A DNA stretch of 60,263 bases, taken from NCBI RefSeq assembly GCF_006345805.1, contig NW_021833938.1:1-60263 (forward strand), written 5' to 3'. A program made the translations under genes and the position numbers. Below the pieces are notes generated by a model, which was not told the origin of the DNA, made no database searches, and worked only from the letters and a program-made list of their open reading frames with translations. Source of the DNA: Octopus sinensis. Its lineage: Eukaryota. This document shows, one piece after another, positions 1 through 11,519 of the stretch; the first letter of the stretch is position 1, and each line of letters starts with the position of its first letter.

Positions 1-188
1 TTGGATGCCAAATTGCAGAGGCTCTGCTTTTTATGCCTACACACACACACACACACCACACACACACACACACATACACACACACACCACACACACACAC
101 AATATACACACACACACATATATACAACACCCACACATAACCTATTACACACACCCACCATATATACACCACACACACTATACACACA

Positions 189-219
<31 letters not shown>

Positions 220-252
220 CATACTATATACACACACACACACATATATACA

Positions 253-285
<33 letters not shown>

Positions 286-567
286 CAAACCTATATACAA
301 CACACACACAACACACATACATATACACAACCCACACTACATACTATATACACCACACACACACACATACATATATACACACACACACACCCATACATAC
401 ATATCACACACACACACACACATATATACACACACACACACACACATAGAACACACACCACACACACCACATACATATATACACACACACACACACACAT
501 ATATACACACACACACCACACACACACACATACATATATACACACACACACACACATACATATATAC

Positions 568-600
<33 letters not shown>

Positions 601-650
601 CTTAGGCGGACACATACACACTTCAAAACCTATATCTAATATATATATAT
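1..650. repeat. Compound (CA)n/(TA)n microsatellite
   Basis: Direct reading; the His/Thr/Ile/Tyr ORFs are artefacts. Confidence 0.95.
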
Positions 651-1004
651 ATGAAAAAAAAAGATGTACTTGCTTCAAAACCTATATCCAATACACAAAA
701 AAACGGTTTTCACACTTGTCTGACAGAGGGTTTGGCTAAATCTGGTGATAGGGAACACGAAACCCATTCTTATGAAGATGGACATGAAGCAGAAAGTGCA
801 GTTCATCTCCCTACCCTATCCTGCCTCCTCCTCCTCCTCCTCATCATCCATCACAGGCGTTTTTTTCTCATTTTTTTTTTTGCAGTTGTGGTGGCATTGC
901 TTTCAAGCTAATTGTGTCCAATAGTCAAATGCTTCCAATCACACAGATCAATACATGCGAACAGTAAACAAACTTGATATCTTATGGATGATAACAAAAA
1001 AATA

Positions 1005-1470
1005 TGCGTATGTGTGTGTTTCTCTATATACATCACACACACATATACATATACTCATACATATATATATATATAATATATATACATACATAGATACATA
1101 TACACACACATACATACACATGTATATATACACAAACACATATACACATACACATGTATGTATATACATACACACACATAACAGACATACACACACACAC
1201 ACATATATACATACAGATACACAGACATATACGTATACATATATATATATATACACAAATATACATATACATACATACATACACACATACATATATAATA
1301 TATACCTACATACATAGACATATACACATACATATATATATACACATACACATATACACATACATATATATATACACATACACACATATATATATATACA
1401 CATACACACATATATATATATACACATAAATACAAAAATACACACACATATAAAAATACTCTCACACACA
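1005..1470. repeat. Compound (CA)n/(TA)n microsatellite
   Basis: Direct reading. Confidence 0.95.
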
Positions 1471-2067
1471 TAATCATCAGCATTAACTTGTGTCCAAGTA
1501 GTTACACACACACAACAAAAGCACCTAAACCTCTGTTGTCCATATTCTCATTCCATACCCGCACTATACAAAGAACTAGCATATTACGTACACACACATG
1601 CAAGTGTGTGTGTGTGTGAGTGAAGATATTTGGTGGAAGGATTTTATGTTAATTACAGCTGCTTAAGAAGACAGAGAGGTAAAGAACCAGATGGAACTGG
1701 TTGCAGTCACAGCCGACAGCTACACAGCTATGACTAAGTAAAGAAACAAACAACTGTTCCACCCACCCACCCACCAGCCAACCAGCCAGCCAGCCAGCCA
1801 GCCAGCCAGCCGGCCATGTTGGAGGTGTCAGAAAGTATGCTATGAAAAGGTGGATATTCAAGTTACAATATTATAAAACCTTTGGCAATATAACAATTAT
1901 ATTACTAATGGGGGGATTTGGATGTAGGGACAGAGGAAGGAGCGCGAGAGAAGATTTCTGGTATTTCGTTGCCGTTATTTTAATGGTAACCCCCCCCCAT
2001 CGGGAGGATGAATGGTCAAGTCCACCCCCAGCGAGATTTGAAATGAGAATATAAGGGGACAATACTT

Positions 2068-2510
2068 TGAACCCTTTCGTTACCAACCCACCTGAAACCG
2101 CCTCTGGCTCTGTAGTACAAATGTCTTGTTTGCATAAGTTTTGAATTTAAAAAAATCTTAGTTTATGTTCCTAACACTAGATTAATGATAACTAAGCTAT
2201 TTTACTAAATTCTTTGTTATATTTAAAATTAATTGAAAGAAACACAGAGCATCTCAACAGAAATATGGTAACAAAAGGGTTAACCCTTTTATTTCCAACC
2301 CGGCTGAAACCGGTTCTGGTTCTGTAGTACAAATGTCTAATTTTCATAAGTTTTGAATTAAAAATCTTCCACCAAACCTTAGTCACAATTTATGTTCCTA
2401 ACACTAGCCTAATGACAACTAAGTTATTTTACTAAATTCTTTGTTATATTTAAGATTAACTGAAAGAAATACAGAGTATCTCAAAATAAATACAGTAACG
2501 AAAGGGTTAA
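2068..2510 (+). mobile_element. Two head-to-tail piggyBac-type MITEs (~215 bp each) sharing one TTAA at 2280-2283
   Basis: Each unit runs (TTAA)CCCTTT...AAAGGG(TTAA) with shared body ctctggctctgtagtacaaatgtc...gaaagaaacacagagcatctcaac; the outer left TTAA reads tgaa. Confidence 0.85.
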
Positions 2511-2864
2511 AGGATTTCAGTTTACACCCTTCTAATTCTGATATCCACTGTGCTAACAACAACAGCCCTTTCTATTATATACACAAGCCCTGAAATTTTG
2601 TGGGAGGGGACCAACCCAGAATTTGAACTCAGAATGTAAACCCCGAAAAAATGTCGCTAAGTATTTTTTATCTGGCATGCTAACAAATTCTGCCTCAATT
2701 AATTGTCTCAATTAATTTTTAAAATAATGAAGAATTTATGCAAGATATTGAATATTGAAATTCTATCGGAGCCACACCCACCTGGTCATTCCCTCTTAGT
2801 TTGTATCCAGCTAATGTCTCTTTCAGTAGTCACATTCAGTTAACTAGTACTTCAGCCATACACA

Positions 2865-3460
2865 TTCAGCTGACCAGTCTAGCAACAGCCACACCCAGCT
2901 GACTAATCTTACAAACAACCATACACAGTTGACCAGTCTGACAACAGCTGACACCAGTCCTGCAGCAATCACATCTAGCTGACCATTCCAATAGCTACAC
3001 TCAGCTGACCAATCCCACAATAGACAAAGCTGACCAGTCTAATAGCCACACCCAGCTGACCAGTCTAAAAGCCACACCCAGCTGACCAGTCTAAAAGCCA
3101 CACCCAGCTGACCAGTCCTGCAGCAATCACATCTAGCTGACCATTCCAACAGCTACACTCAGCTGACCAATCCCACAATAGACACAGCTGATCAGTCTAA
3201 TAGCCACACCTTACTGACCAGTCCTGCAGCAATCACATCTAGCTGACCATTCCTACAGCCACACTCAACTGACCAATCCCACAATAGACACAGCTGACCA
3301 GTCTAACAGCCACACCCAGCTGACCAGTCTGAGAACAGCCACACTCAACTGATCACTTAGCTGACCAGTCCATTAGCCACACCCCCACAAGCTGATCATT
3401 TTCATCAATGTCCAGCGGGATCAGTTCCAACATGAACTTAGCTGACCAGCAACTTGGTCA
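2865..3460 (+). repeat. Degenerate ~26-bp tandem array, core (CA)GCTGACCA
   Basis: Units such as gccacacccagctgaccagtctaaaa; about 17 TGACCA counted by eye on + between 2871 and 3448. Period is not a multiple of 3. Confidence 0.9.
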
Positions 3461-4169
3461 AGGTTACACTTACAGATAGAAAGCACTAGAGTTAAGAAAA
3501 AACAAAAAACAAAATGAATTCAAATATTATCAGAATATTATCGTGGGTCTTGGTACAAATTAAAACCAATCATATTGGAATTTCTAAGAGCCTTAATATA
3601 TTATTTCATACTCGACCACATTACCGAAGCCCCCCCCCCCACCACTGGCGCTCACTACATTAAGCAACCACAACACCAACATGTATCTTGCATCACATCC
3701 CACCTCACCGCACCTACACATACACCACAGCCCCCCCCTCATGTAACGGCATTAAACTCTCATCTGTGTACATCAATATTTCAACTGTGTGTCCCCCCAT
3801 AAAACTGACATCGTCAACTACAGCAGTGATTGCTATGTTGATAGGTTTGCAGAGAATGTATTAGCAAACACTTAACTGAACAAATGGTGTGCGGGAACCC
3901 GGACACACACACACACACACATATATGTATGCAAGCACAAACATACAAACACACACACACACACACACACACACAAATGTAGATGTATGCAAGTACAAGC
4001 ACAAACACACACACAGATTGGGCTTACGAAATTTTACTCACAAGGCATTGGTCAACTTATCCAGCCCGGAATTATATGGTTGGGGAATGGACTTCTTAGC
4101 CAATTAGTTATGCCTGCCTACACACACACACACATATATATACACACACACAAACTGATAAAGGGAGAT

Positions 4170-4288
4170 ACACAGATAGATAGATAGATATATAGATTAA
4201 TAGATAGATAGATAGATAGATAGGTAGATTGATAGACAGACAACTAGGTAGATAGACAGAGATGAATAGACAGAAAGAGAAAACAGAG

Positions 4289-4319
<31 letters not shown>

Positions 4320-4655
4320 GATGGACAGTTAGATAGATAGATAAATAGATAGATAGATGGACAGTTAGATAGATAGATAAATAGATGGATGGATGGATGG
4401 ATAGATAGATAGATGGACAGATAGATAGATAGTAGATAGATGGATGGATAGATAGATAGATGGACAGATAGATAGATAGATAGATAAATAGATAGATGGA
4501 CAGATAGATAGATAGATAGATAAATAGATAGATGGATAGATAGATAAATAGATAGATGGGTAGACAGATAGATAGATAGATAAATAGATAGATGGATAGA
4601 TAGATAAAAAGACAGACAGACAGACAGATAGATAGATAGATAGACTGATAGATAA

Positions 4656-4688
<33 letters not shown>

Positions 4689-4705
4689 AGGATGGATGGA
4701 TAGAT
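4170..4705. repeat. Compound (GATA)n/(GATG)n/(GACA)n tract
   Basis: Direct reading. Confidence 0.95.
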
Positions 4706-5822
4706 AGAGTGATAGACGTTTTACATATGTGTAAGTAACAAGATGAGGAGCAGAGATGTGGAGATATTCATGTACCGTGAGGATGAATAGCAGAACAAAA
4801 CCACTTTGGAAGATGTGGACAAGGCTGTATATTACTGGTGATGGGATGACGAGATATATATATATATATATATATATACTCACACATATCTACACATTCA
4901 TTGTGTGTGTGTGTGTGGAGAGAGAGAGAGAGAAAGAGAGAAGGAGAGATGACAAGGAAAACAATAAGAATTAAAAATATAGGAGAAGAATAGAGAGAAA
5001 GGCTGATAAATGAGGAAATTAACGAGAGGGAGGGTTTGAGGGGAGTAAAGAGAGATGGAGAGACAGTGAGTGAGTGAGTGAGTGAGTGAGTGACAGTTAG
5101 AATATACACAGAGATCTGGAGGAGGAGGGGGAGGTACGTGTACAATGATAGGCTGACAGACAACTGCCAGCGCTGGTGCATGTAGTGCAGAAACTGCAGT
5201 TACTGTGCAAACGCGGCATCCTACATTTAGCCATAATCAACTGCTAGAATGAAGGGTAGACTTATTGCAGTGTTGAAGGGACATAACTAGAAAACGGGAG
5301 ATAATTGCGTGTGTATGTGTGTGTGGGAGAGTGGCTTTTGGAATATTTCTACAAACATTTACTCCAAGGCAAAAAAAAAAAAAAAGGGGCGCTGCTTATA
5401 ACCGTATCAGCACCTAAGGATGGAAATATACGGTATAAAGGAATGCTTGGGAGCGGTTATATCCACTGGTGTTCTTGTTTAGGAAGAACACATGGACAGG
5501 AAGAGAGTTCCTGAAGGTGTGAAAAAATGTCAAAGGTTATTTTGGAAGTGAGAGCCACGAGTGGAGAGATGCTGGACCAGAGACGAATTGGATATACTGC
5601 TGCATGTTTCTAATATGTTCAGGGGTAAATGGCCACAGGCAGGGACTAATTACCCACTTTGGGTTTCTGGAGAAGGGTGGACCATCACATTGCCCATTAT
5701 GCTATGTGATTGGTCAGTCGCAAAAGATTGGCAGCACTACCAGGAATGAGAAGGAAACCAAGATTCACCTATGAACAGTTTAATAGGTTTTTGGACAGAC
5801 CTTCAATACAACAAAAATGCTA

Positions 5823-6051
5823 TTGACCCTTTTGATACCAACCCACCTGAAACGCCTCTGGCTCTGTAGTACAAATGCCTTGTTTTCATAAGTTCTGAAT
5901 TAAAATCCTCCATCAAACCTAAGTCACAATTTATGTTCCTAACACTAGCTTAATGATAAACTAAATTATTTTACTAATTCTTTGTTATATTTAAAATTAA
6001 TTGAAAGAAACACAGAGTATCTCAACATAAATATGGTAACAAAAGGGTTAA
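5823..6051 (+). mobile_element. piggyBac-type MITE, same family
   Basis: ttgacccttttgatacc...aacaaaagggttaa, same body. Confidence 0.85.
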
Positions 6052-6245
6052 TTCTGTAACAACATTGCTAAGAGAAATGGGAAAAGAATAGAATGGGATG
6101 AGATCTGAGAGCTTCTAAAGAATCTGTGGGCGGAGAAGGATTGGTTCACAGGTGAATACTCCTGGGTAAGAACTATACAAGTGGATTAAATAGATTTTAA
6201 ACTGAATAACAGTCTATGGGAAGGCTTGTGGCCTAATGATTAGGT

Positions 6246-6566
6246 CAGAGTTTCTCAACTGTTTTACCCTTGTGCAACCCTTAAAATAAATTACATGTCT
6301 CAAGGAATCCCTGCACAAAAAAAATTATATACCATATCTTTCTCATATTCTTTTCATTGTAGTTCATGTGGTAAATATCTAGGGAGAGTTTTATGAAAAA
6401 AACAAGACGAAGACAGGTGGTGTACAAAACAAACAGATGTATTAGTAAAACGCTCAGGCATAGAAAAAGTCTTTTACATTTTGAGCCTACGCTCTTCTAC
6501 AGAAAGGGACGCAGAAAAAACAAGGAGATAAAAAAAATGTGTGTAGTGGCTAACGATCTATCATGG

Positions 6567-6603
<37 letters not shown>

Positions 6604-6778
6604 TGTTATATTTATCTGATAACAATAGGGTAGATAAGATGATGTCTATATTACAATAACCAATAATATGTCGTGTATGTATAGTAATACTACAACCATG
6701 AAATTAGCATTAGCTTATCTCACTCTTTCTCATGGAAACCCTAGGTACCTTTTGTGGAACCCCGGTTGAGAAACGCTG
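6246..6778. mobile_element. hAT-like MITE
   Basis: Terminal inverted repeats cagagtttctcaac / gttgagaaacgctg; no intact 8-bp target-site duplication seen. Confidence 0.55.
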
Positions 6779-8106
6779 TTGTTAAGGAGTGGTTTTATGG
6801 CATGACAGTAACTATTAGGAGTTAGAAGGACCTCAAGGAATCAAGAGGCACTCAACTGGATATAGTTTGTAGAATGTGAATTACGGAATGAGTTGAGTGG
6901 CTGCCATTTCAACAGACCCCTTACCTGCTCCATGTGCTTGTGTGTGAGCCCTTTATACATGAAAATAGCAATCTTTCAGATCCAGGCTGTTGTCTTTGTA
7001 ACACTTCATGAATTAACCAATTAATGTTTACTAATTGACAATAATTAAGCATCCTGTTAATTCAAGGATTGAGTAACAACAAAGTGGAGTACATTTATCA
7101 CAGAAGCGTATACATTAGTGTTATCACCTTATACATACATACATGCATACATATATCTGTATATACATATAAACATACATACCAAAATACATTCATACAC
7201 ATACACACGTGTGTGTGTGTGTGATAATGGAAACAGATTACAAATGCTGAGTAGAAACAGTTTTGGTTAGTAGGGAAAGTTATAAAGAGAAAATCAAATA
7301 GCTGTTGGCATATACAGAGAACCTTAAATGTCTGGGTATTTCTGGTGGTATGATGTCTAGTTAAGACACATGGAGAGATGATGCACTCAAGACATATACA
7401 AACCATTCTTGCACAGAAAAACAGATGTTGCTAAAAATGATGATGATGATGACAATTGGTGGGGCAGCAGAGCTCTAGCTAATAGTTAAAGCATTGTCAT
7501 CTGGAGTTGGGGAAAACCTGGTTTAACTCAAAGACAAGGCATTTAGTAAATGGTAAAACACACCAGGAACTAATTCTAAGTTCTTTTGCTAAAAAAAATA
7601 ATATTTCTAGCCTTGCTTGAAAAACAACTGAAGGGCTAACTGCAGAAAGGGCAGGATTTTCACTTAATAGGGTTAGGGCCTCCCCTGCATTGTCATGATC
7701 AGGAACAGGAATGTTTTCTGACTCAGACAGCTTACGTAACATTTAAAATACATAATGTATCATCAGATGGTGGTAACTAGTGTTTGCAAAAGAAAGAAAA
7801 AAAAAAAAAATTAATGTTTAGCAGAAGTAACAGAGTGATTCAAGGTCGAAGAATTTTGTGCATTGGTCCTTATAAAGGGCCAACACATGAAACTCTCAGA
7901 CCTTGATTCACTCTGTTACATCTACGAAATGGGAATTTATTCTGCATTAGAAGACCCTTCACAATTGCTATACACCCACAGGCTGCCCGGAGTATTATAA
8001 CCGCACTACAATTGTTCTACAGCTGCAGACACAGACATAGAACTTCCTTATATGGAATCAAGTAATCCATTTGCATTATCTTATCTTATATAATATTCCT
8101 TCAACA

Positions 8107-8170
8107 TATGAGGTGGGGGCTGAAAAGTTCCTGACTTTGGTAAAAGAAAATACAAGGGGATCAGTAATCA
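8107..8170 (+). mobile_element. Tc1/mariner-type terminal repeat fragment
   Basis: tatgaggtgggggctgaaaagttcctgactttgg resembles mariner ends (TA-CGAGGG...CTGAAAAGTTCC). Confidence 0.4.
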
Positions 8171-8420
8171 GAATATTCCCCCCACCCACCCCGATACACA
8201 CTCTGATTTAAGTTATAGCCTTTTTGTACAAATAGACTTGCATACACATTGATATGTCTTTCTTTTTCGTCTCTCTTATTATTATTACTATTATTATTAT
8301 TATTTTTCCCTTATATAACTTGTTTGTAGATATCCGGTTTAATTTTTCCCTATTACCGCATCTGATTTTCTTTATTGAATTTTTATTAAGAACTTTTTTG
8401 ATGTTCTTCCTAAAAATTCT

Positions 8421-8532
8421 TCACACTGATGAGAATGACAACGCATAACTTTAGTTATAATTTTAATTATAATTATCATTATTATAAATTTTTCTTAAAT
8501 ATTTGTATTGTCGTTTGAAACATGCGTATGTA
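8421..8532 (+). ncRNA. Candidate type-I hammerhead ribozyme with 66-nt AT-rich loop II
   Basis: ACA-CUGAUGA-GAAUGACAA-[8442-8507]-UUGUCGUUU-GAAA-C-AUGC-G-UA^UGU; 9-bp helix II with two G:U pairs, only a 3-bp helix I. Confidence 0.55.
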
Positions 8533-8699
8533 CTGAATTCAATTTTGTATTAAATTCAATTTTGATTTTAACATATTTTCTCCATTTTTATACTTGTTTA
8601 TGGTATTTTTATACCTATAATGAATTTTTTCAATTACATACATACATACATATCTTTTGACATCTTTTGTTGAGATTTGGGGGCAATTCATATAAATTA

Positions 8700-9600
8700 A
8701 AGCAAAACCAAATCATAACATAATGGTTTCATATTTTGGCACAAAGCCAGCAATTTTTTTTTGGGGGGGGAAGAGAGGGTCTAAGTCAATTACATCAACC
8801 CCAGTTCACTACTGCTATTTATTTTTTTGACCTTGAAAGAATGAAAAGGAAAGTCGACCTTGCCAGCATTTGAACTTAGAATGTCAGGTTGCAAGAAATG
8901 CTGCTAAGCATTTTTCTGGCTTGGTAATGATTCTGCCAGCTTATTGCCTCAATGATGATAATAATAATAATAATAATAATGATAATAATAATAATCCTTT
9001 CTACTATAGACACAAGGTCTGAAATTTTGGTGGGAGAGGACTAGTTGATTACATTGGCCCCAGCATTTTACTGGTACTTAATTTATCGACACCGAAAGGA
9101 TGAAAGGCAAAGTTGACCACAGCAGAAATTAATAATAATAATAATAATAATAACAATAATAATAATGGTTTCAAATTTTGGCACAAGGATTGCAGTTTTG
9201 GGGGAGAGGATGAGTTGAAAACATCGAGCCCCCCCCCCCACTCCCCACCCCCAGTACACAACGGGTACTTATTCTTATTGACCCAGAAAGGACAAAAGGC
9301 AAAGTTGACCTAGGGAGAATTTGAACCCCGAACGTAAAGATGGACGAAATGCCACAAAGCATTTTGCCCAGGGTATTTATGATTCTGCCAACAAACCACA
9401 ACAACAATAACAATAATAATAATAATAATAATAATCCTTTCTACTATAGGCACATCGATCCCAGTACTTTATTGACCCCAAAAGGATGAAAGGCAAAGCC
9501 AACCTCAGTGGAATTTGAACTCAGAATGTTGTGGCAGATGAAATACTGCTAAGAATTTTGTCCAGAATGCTAATGATTCTGCCAGCTTGCCGCCTTAATA
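8700..9600 (-). mobile_element. Cluster of about four degenerate SINE family B copies (Deu/Nin-domain-like) separated by (AAT)n tracts
   Basis: Repeated gaaaggatgaaaggcaaagt(c/t)gacc and ttctgccagc motifs. Confidence 0.75.
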
Positions 9601-10769
9601 ATAATAATAATAATAATAATGTTAATTCCAGGACTTCACTGTTCCAAGTCCACATCCTATCAGAGCCAACAATACACAAAAAAGAACAAAAAGAAAAAAA
9701 AAAAAACTAAAAAAAACAGCAATACACTGGACAGTGAATTCAAACAACTGCATACTCTAATCTCTTAAAAAAAAAAAAATGTAAAAAAATGCTTGTGTCA
9801 TGTAAAAAAACAAAACAAACAAAAACCTTTCCCAAAAAAACAAGCAAAAAAAAGCCAACCCCATTTATGATATTTGAGTAGGAGAGGAAAGAATGGTAAA
9901 GTAGATAAGAGGTTCTTTAAACAACTCCAGCTCAGCTGCAGCAGTACATGTTAGGATGTCCTAACATTAAGGAAAAAAAAATATCACTGGGAATCAGAAC
10001 TAAGCGTTTGTGTAGAAGAGGTGGGGGGGGGGTAGAAGAAGGGGGGGAGGTAGGGTCCACATCAATCCTTACACCACCATCACCACCACTACCCACTTCA
10101 TTACATCTATATTTGTTTGTTCGTTTTGTTTGTTTCAAATGATGGGGAATTATTCGTGCAGTTTTGTTTATGACATTTACGATGCACACTGACCCCTAAC
10201 AGAATCTATAGGGGCAGCCCTGGTAACCATACCGATAAACGCACACAATGCAAGAACAATCGTCACTCGGCAGTTGCCATCAGGCTAAAGGAAAAACCAG
10301 ATATAGCTGCCGTGGCGGTGGCAGTTCTTCAGATGAATATCCAGAGATATTAACGTAGTTTTTGACCACCACCAAACACCCACATCATTGCAAAACACAA
10401 ACACAAACACATTTATCACTAAAATAATAATAAAAAACATATCCAAAAAATACAAAAAGAGAAGTGTGAAGTCTTTCCAACCAAATGAAGCCTCATGAAC
10501 TAGTTTCAATCCTTGATAAAAAAAAAAAAAATCCTGTTACATATCATGCTAAGGTCTTTGTTAAAGACATCACAGTGTGGTGTTGTACGGCAGGGAAATA
10601 AAGATAGGGTCTGCTGAAAGGGAGCAGTCATTAATCCATGTCGTTTCACTCAGAGTCCTGTTATATACATCTTTATTATTTACTACAGCAAGTGCAGATT
10701 TATATACTTGTGATGCCATACATGGCTTTAAAAAGTCATGTTGATTATACACACACACACACACATATA

Positions 10770-10972
10770 TACAAGGAGAAAACGCAACAACGCGAGGACG
10801 TGGAACAAGTATAGTGTTACTGGATGCTCAGGAAAGGAAAGAAAGAGGGAGGATTTAACATTTCGAGCGGAGCTCTTCGTCAGAAACATAGAAAAAGGAA
10901 AGATCCAATGAAGGGAAGATGAAGGAAAAAAAGAATCGCCAACGATACACACGCAGTCACATATTGAATGGT

Positions 10973-10975
<3 letters not shown>
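10770..10975 (-). mobile_element. Penelope-like terminal remnant containing a minimal hammerhead (10853-10887)
   Basis: Minus strand GUUU-CUGACGA-A-GAGC-ucc-GCUC-GAAA-UGU-U^AAAU; GAAAUGU looks like a CpG-decayed GAAACGU palindrome. Confidence 0.55.
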
Positions 10976-11028
<53 letters not shown>

Positions 11029-11456
11029 AACAGACACACAAGACTATACAATGTTATTTTCAAAAGGAAATTTTAAAAATCAAAGACAAAACATGCTTAT
11101 AGTTGATTTTGTAAATGATGAACACACACATACACATTTCAATGTGTTTGTATATATGTATATGATATATATACGCACACCTCTATGTGTGTGTGTGTGA
11201 GATGATGTGAGCATTAATAATGCCCCTATAGATAATTATACAAACACAAGCTTACAAACGCATGTTCCAACATACTGTGCTGTCACCTTTCAAACACAAC
11301 ATAGGTTGTTGCGAGACCACCATTCTCATGGATGGAACCAAATGGTTAGCAAGAAAGAAGGATGACATTCGATCGTAACCTTGGTAAACCCTATAAAAGA
11401 TGTGAAAGTATCTAGTGCTTCCATTTTCCACATACAAGTGAACGTAGCGCATAGTA

Positions 11457-11519
11457 GAAACATGTAGTGTAACCATTGAAACATGTAGCATAACCTTTGA
11501 AACATGTAGTGTAACCATC
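11457..11519. repeat. 21-bp unit x3
   Basis: gaaacatgtag(tg/ca)taacc(a/t)tt. Confidence 0.8.

Noticed and set aside
860-900. Strong plus-strand acceptor (T-tract, gcag|ttgtgg)
   Set aside because: Opposite strand to BCL11, with no matching donor or ORF found; T-tracts are common here.
1-1511. Long His/Thr/Ile/Tyr or Cys/Val/Met ORFs here and at 12.3-15.5, 19.6-21.0 and 54.8-55.4 kb
   Set aside because: Translations of (CA)n/(TA)n microsatellites; no protein signal.
2865-3460. The array as a CRISPR-like or coding repeat
   Set aside because: Eukaryotic context, degenerate repeats with homologous spacers, and a non-triplet period.
4170-4705. GATA-repeat block as an analogue of the GATA1 enhancer in human BCL11A intron 2
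   Set aside because: An ordinary (GATA)n microsatellite; the parallel is most likely coincidental.
7497-7742. 81-aa minus-strand ORF as a further BCL11 exon
   Set aside because: No BCL11 or zinc-finger similarity and no convincing splice sites.
7755-7772. Minus-strand CTGATGA followed by a small stem
   Set aside because: Lacks GAAA and helix I/III.
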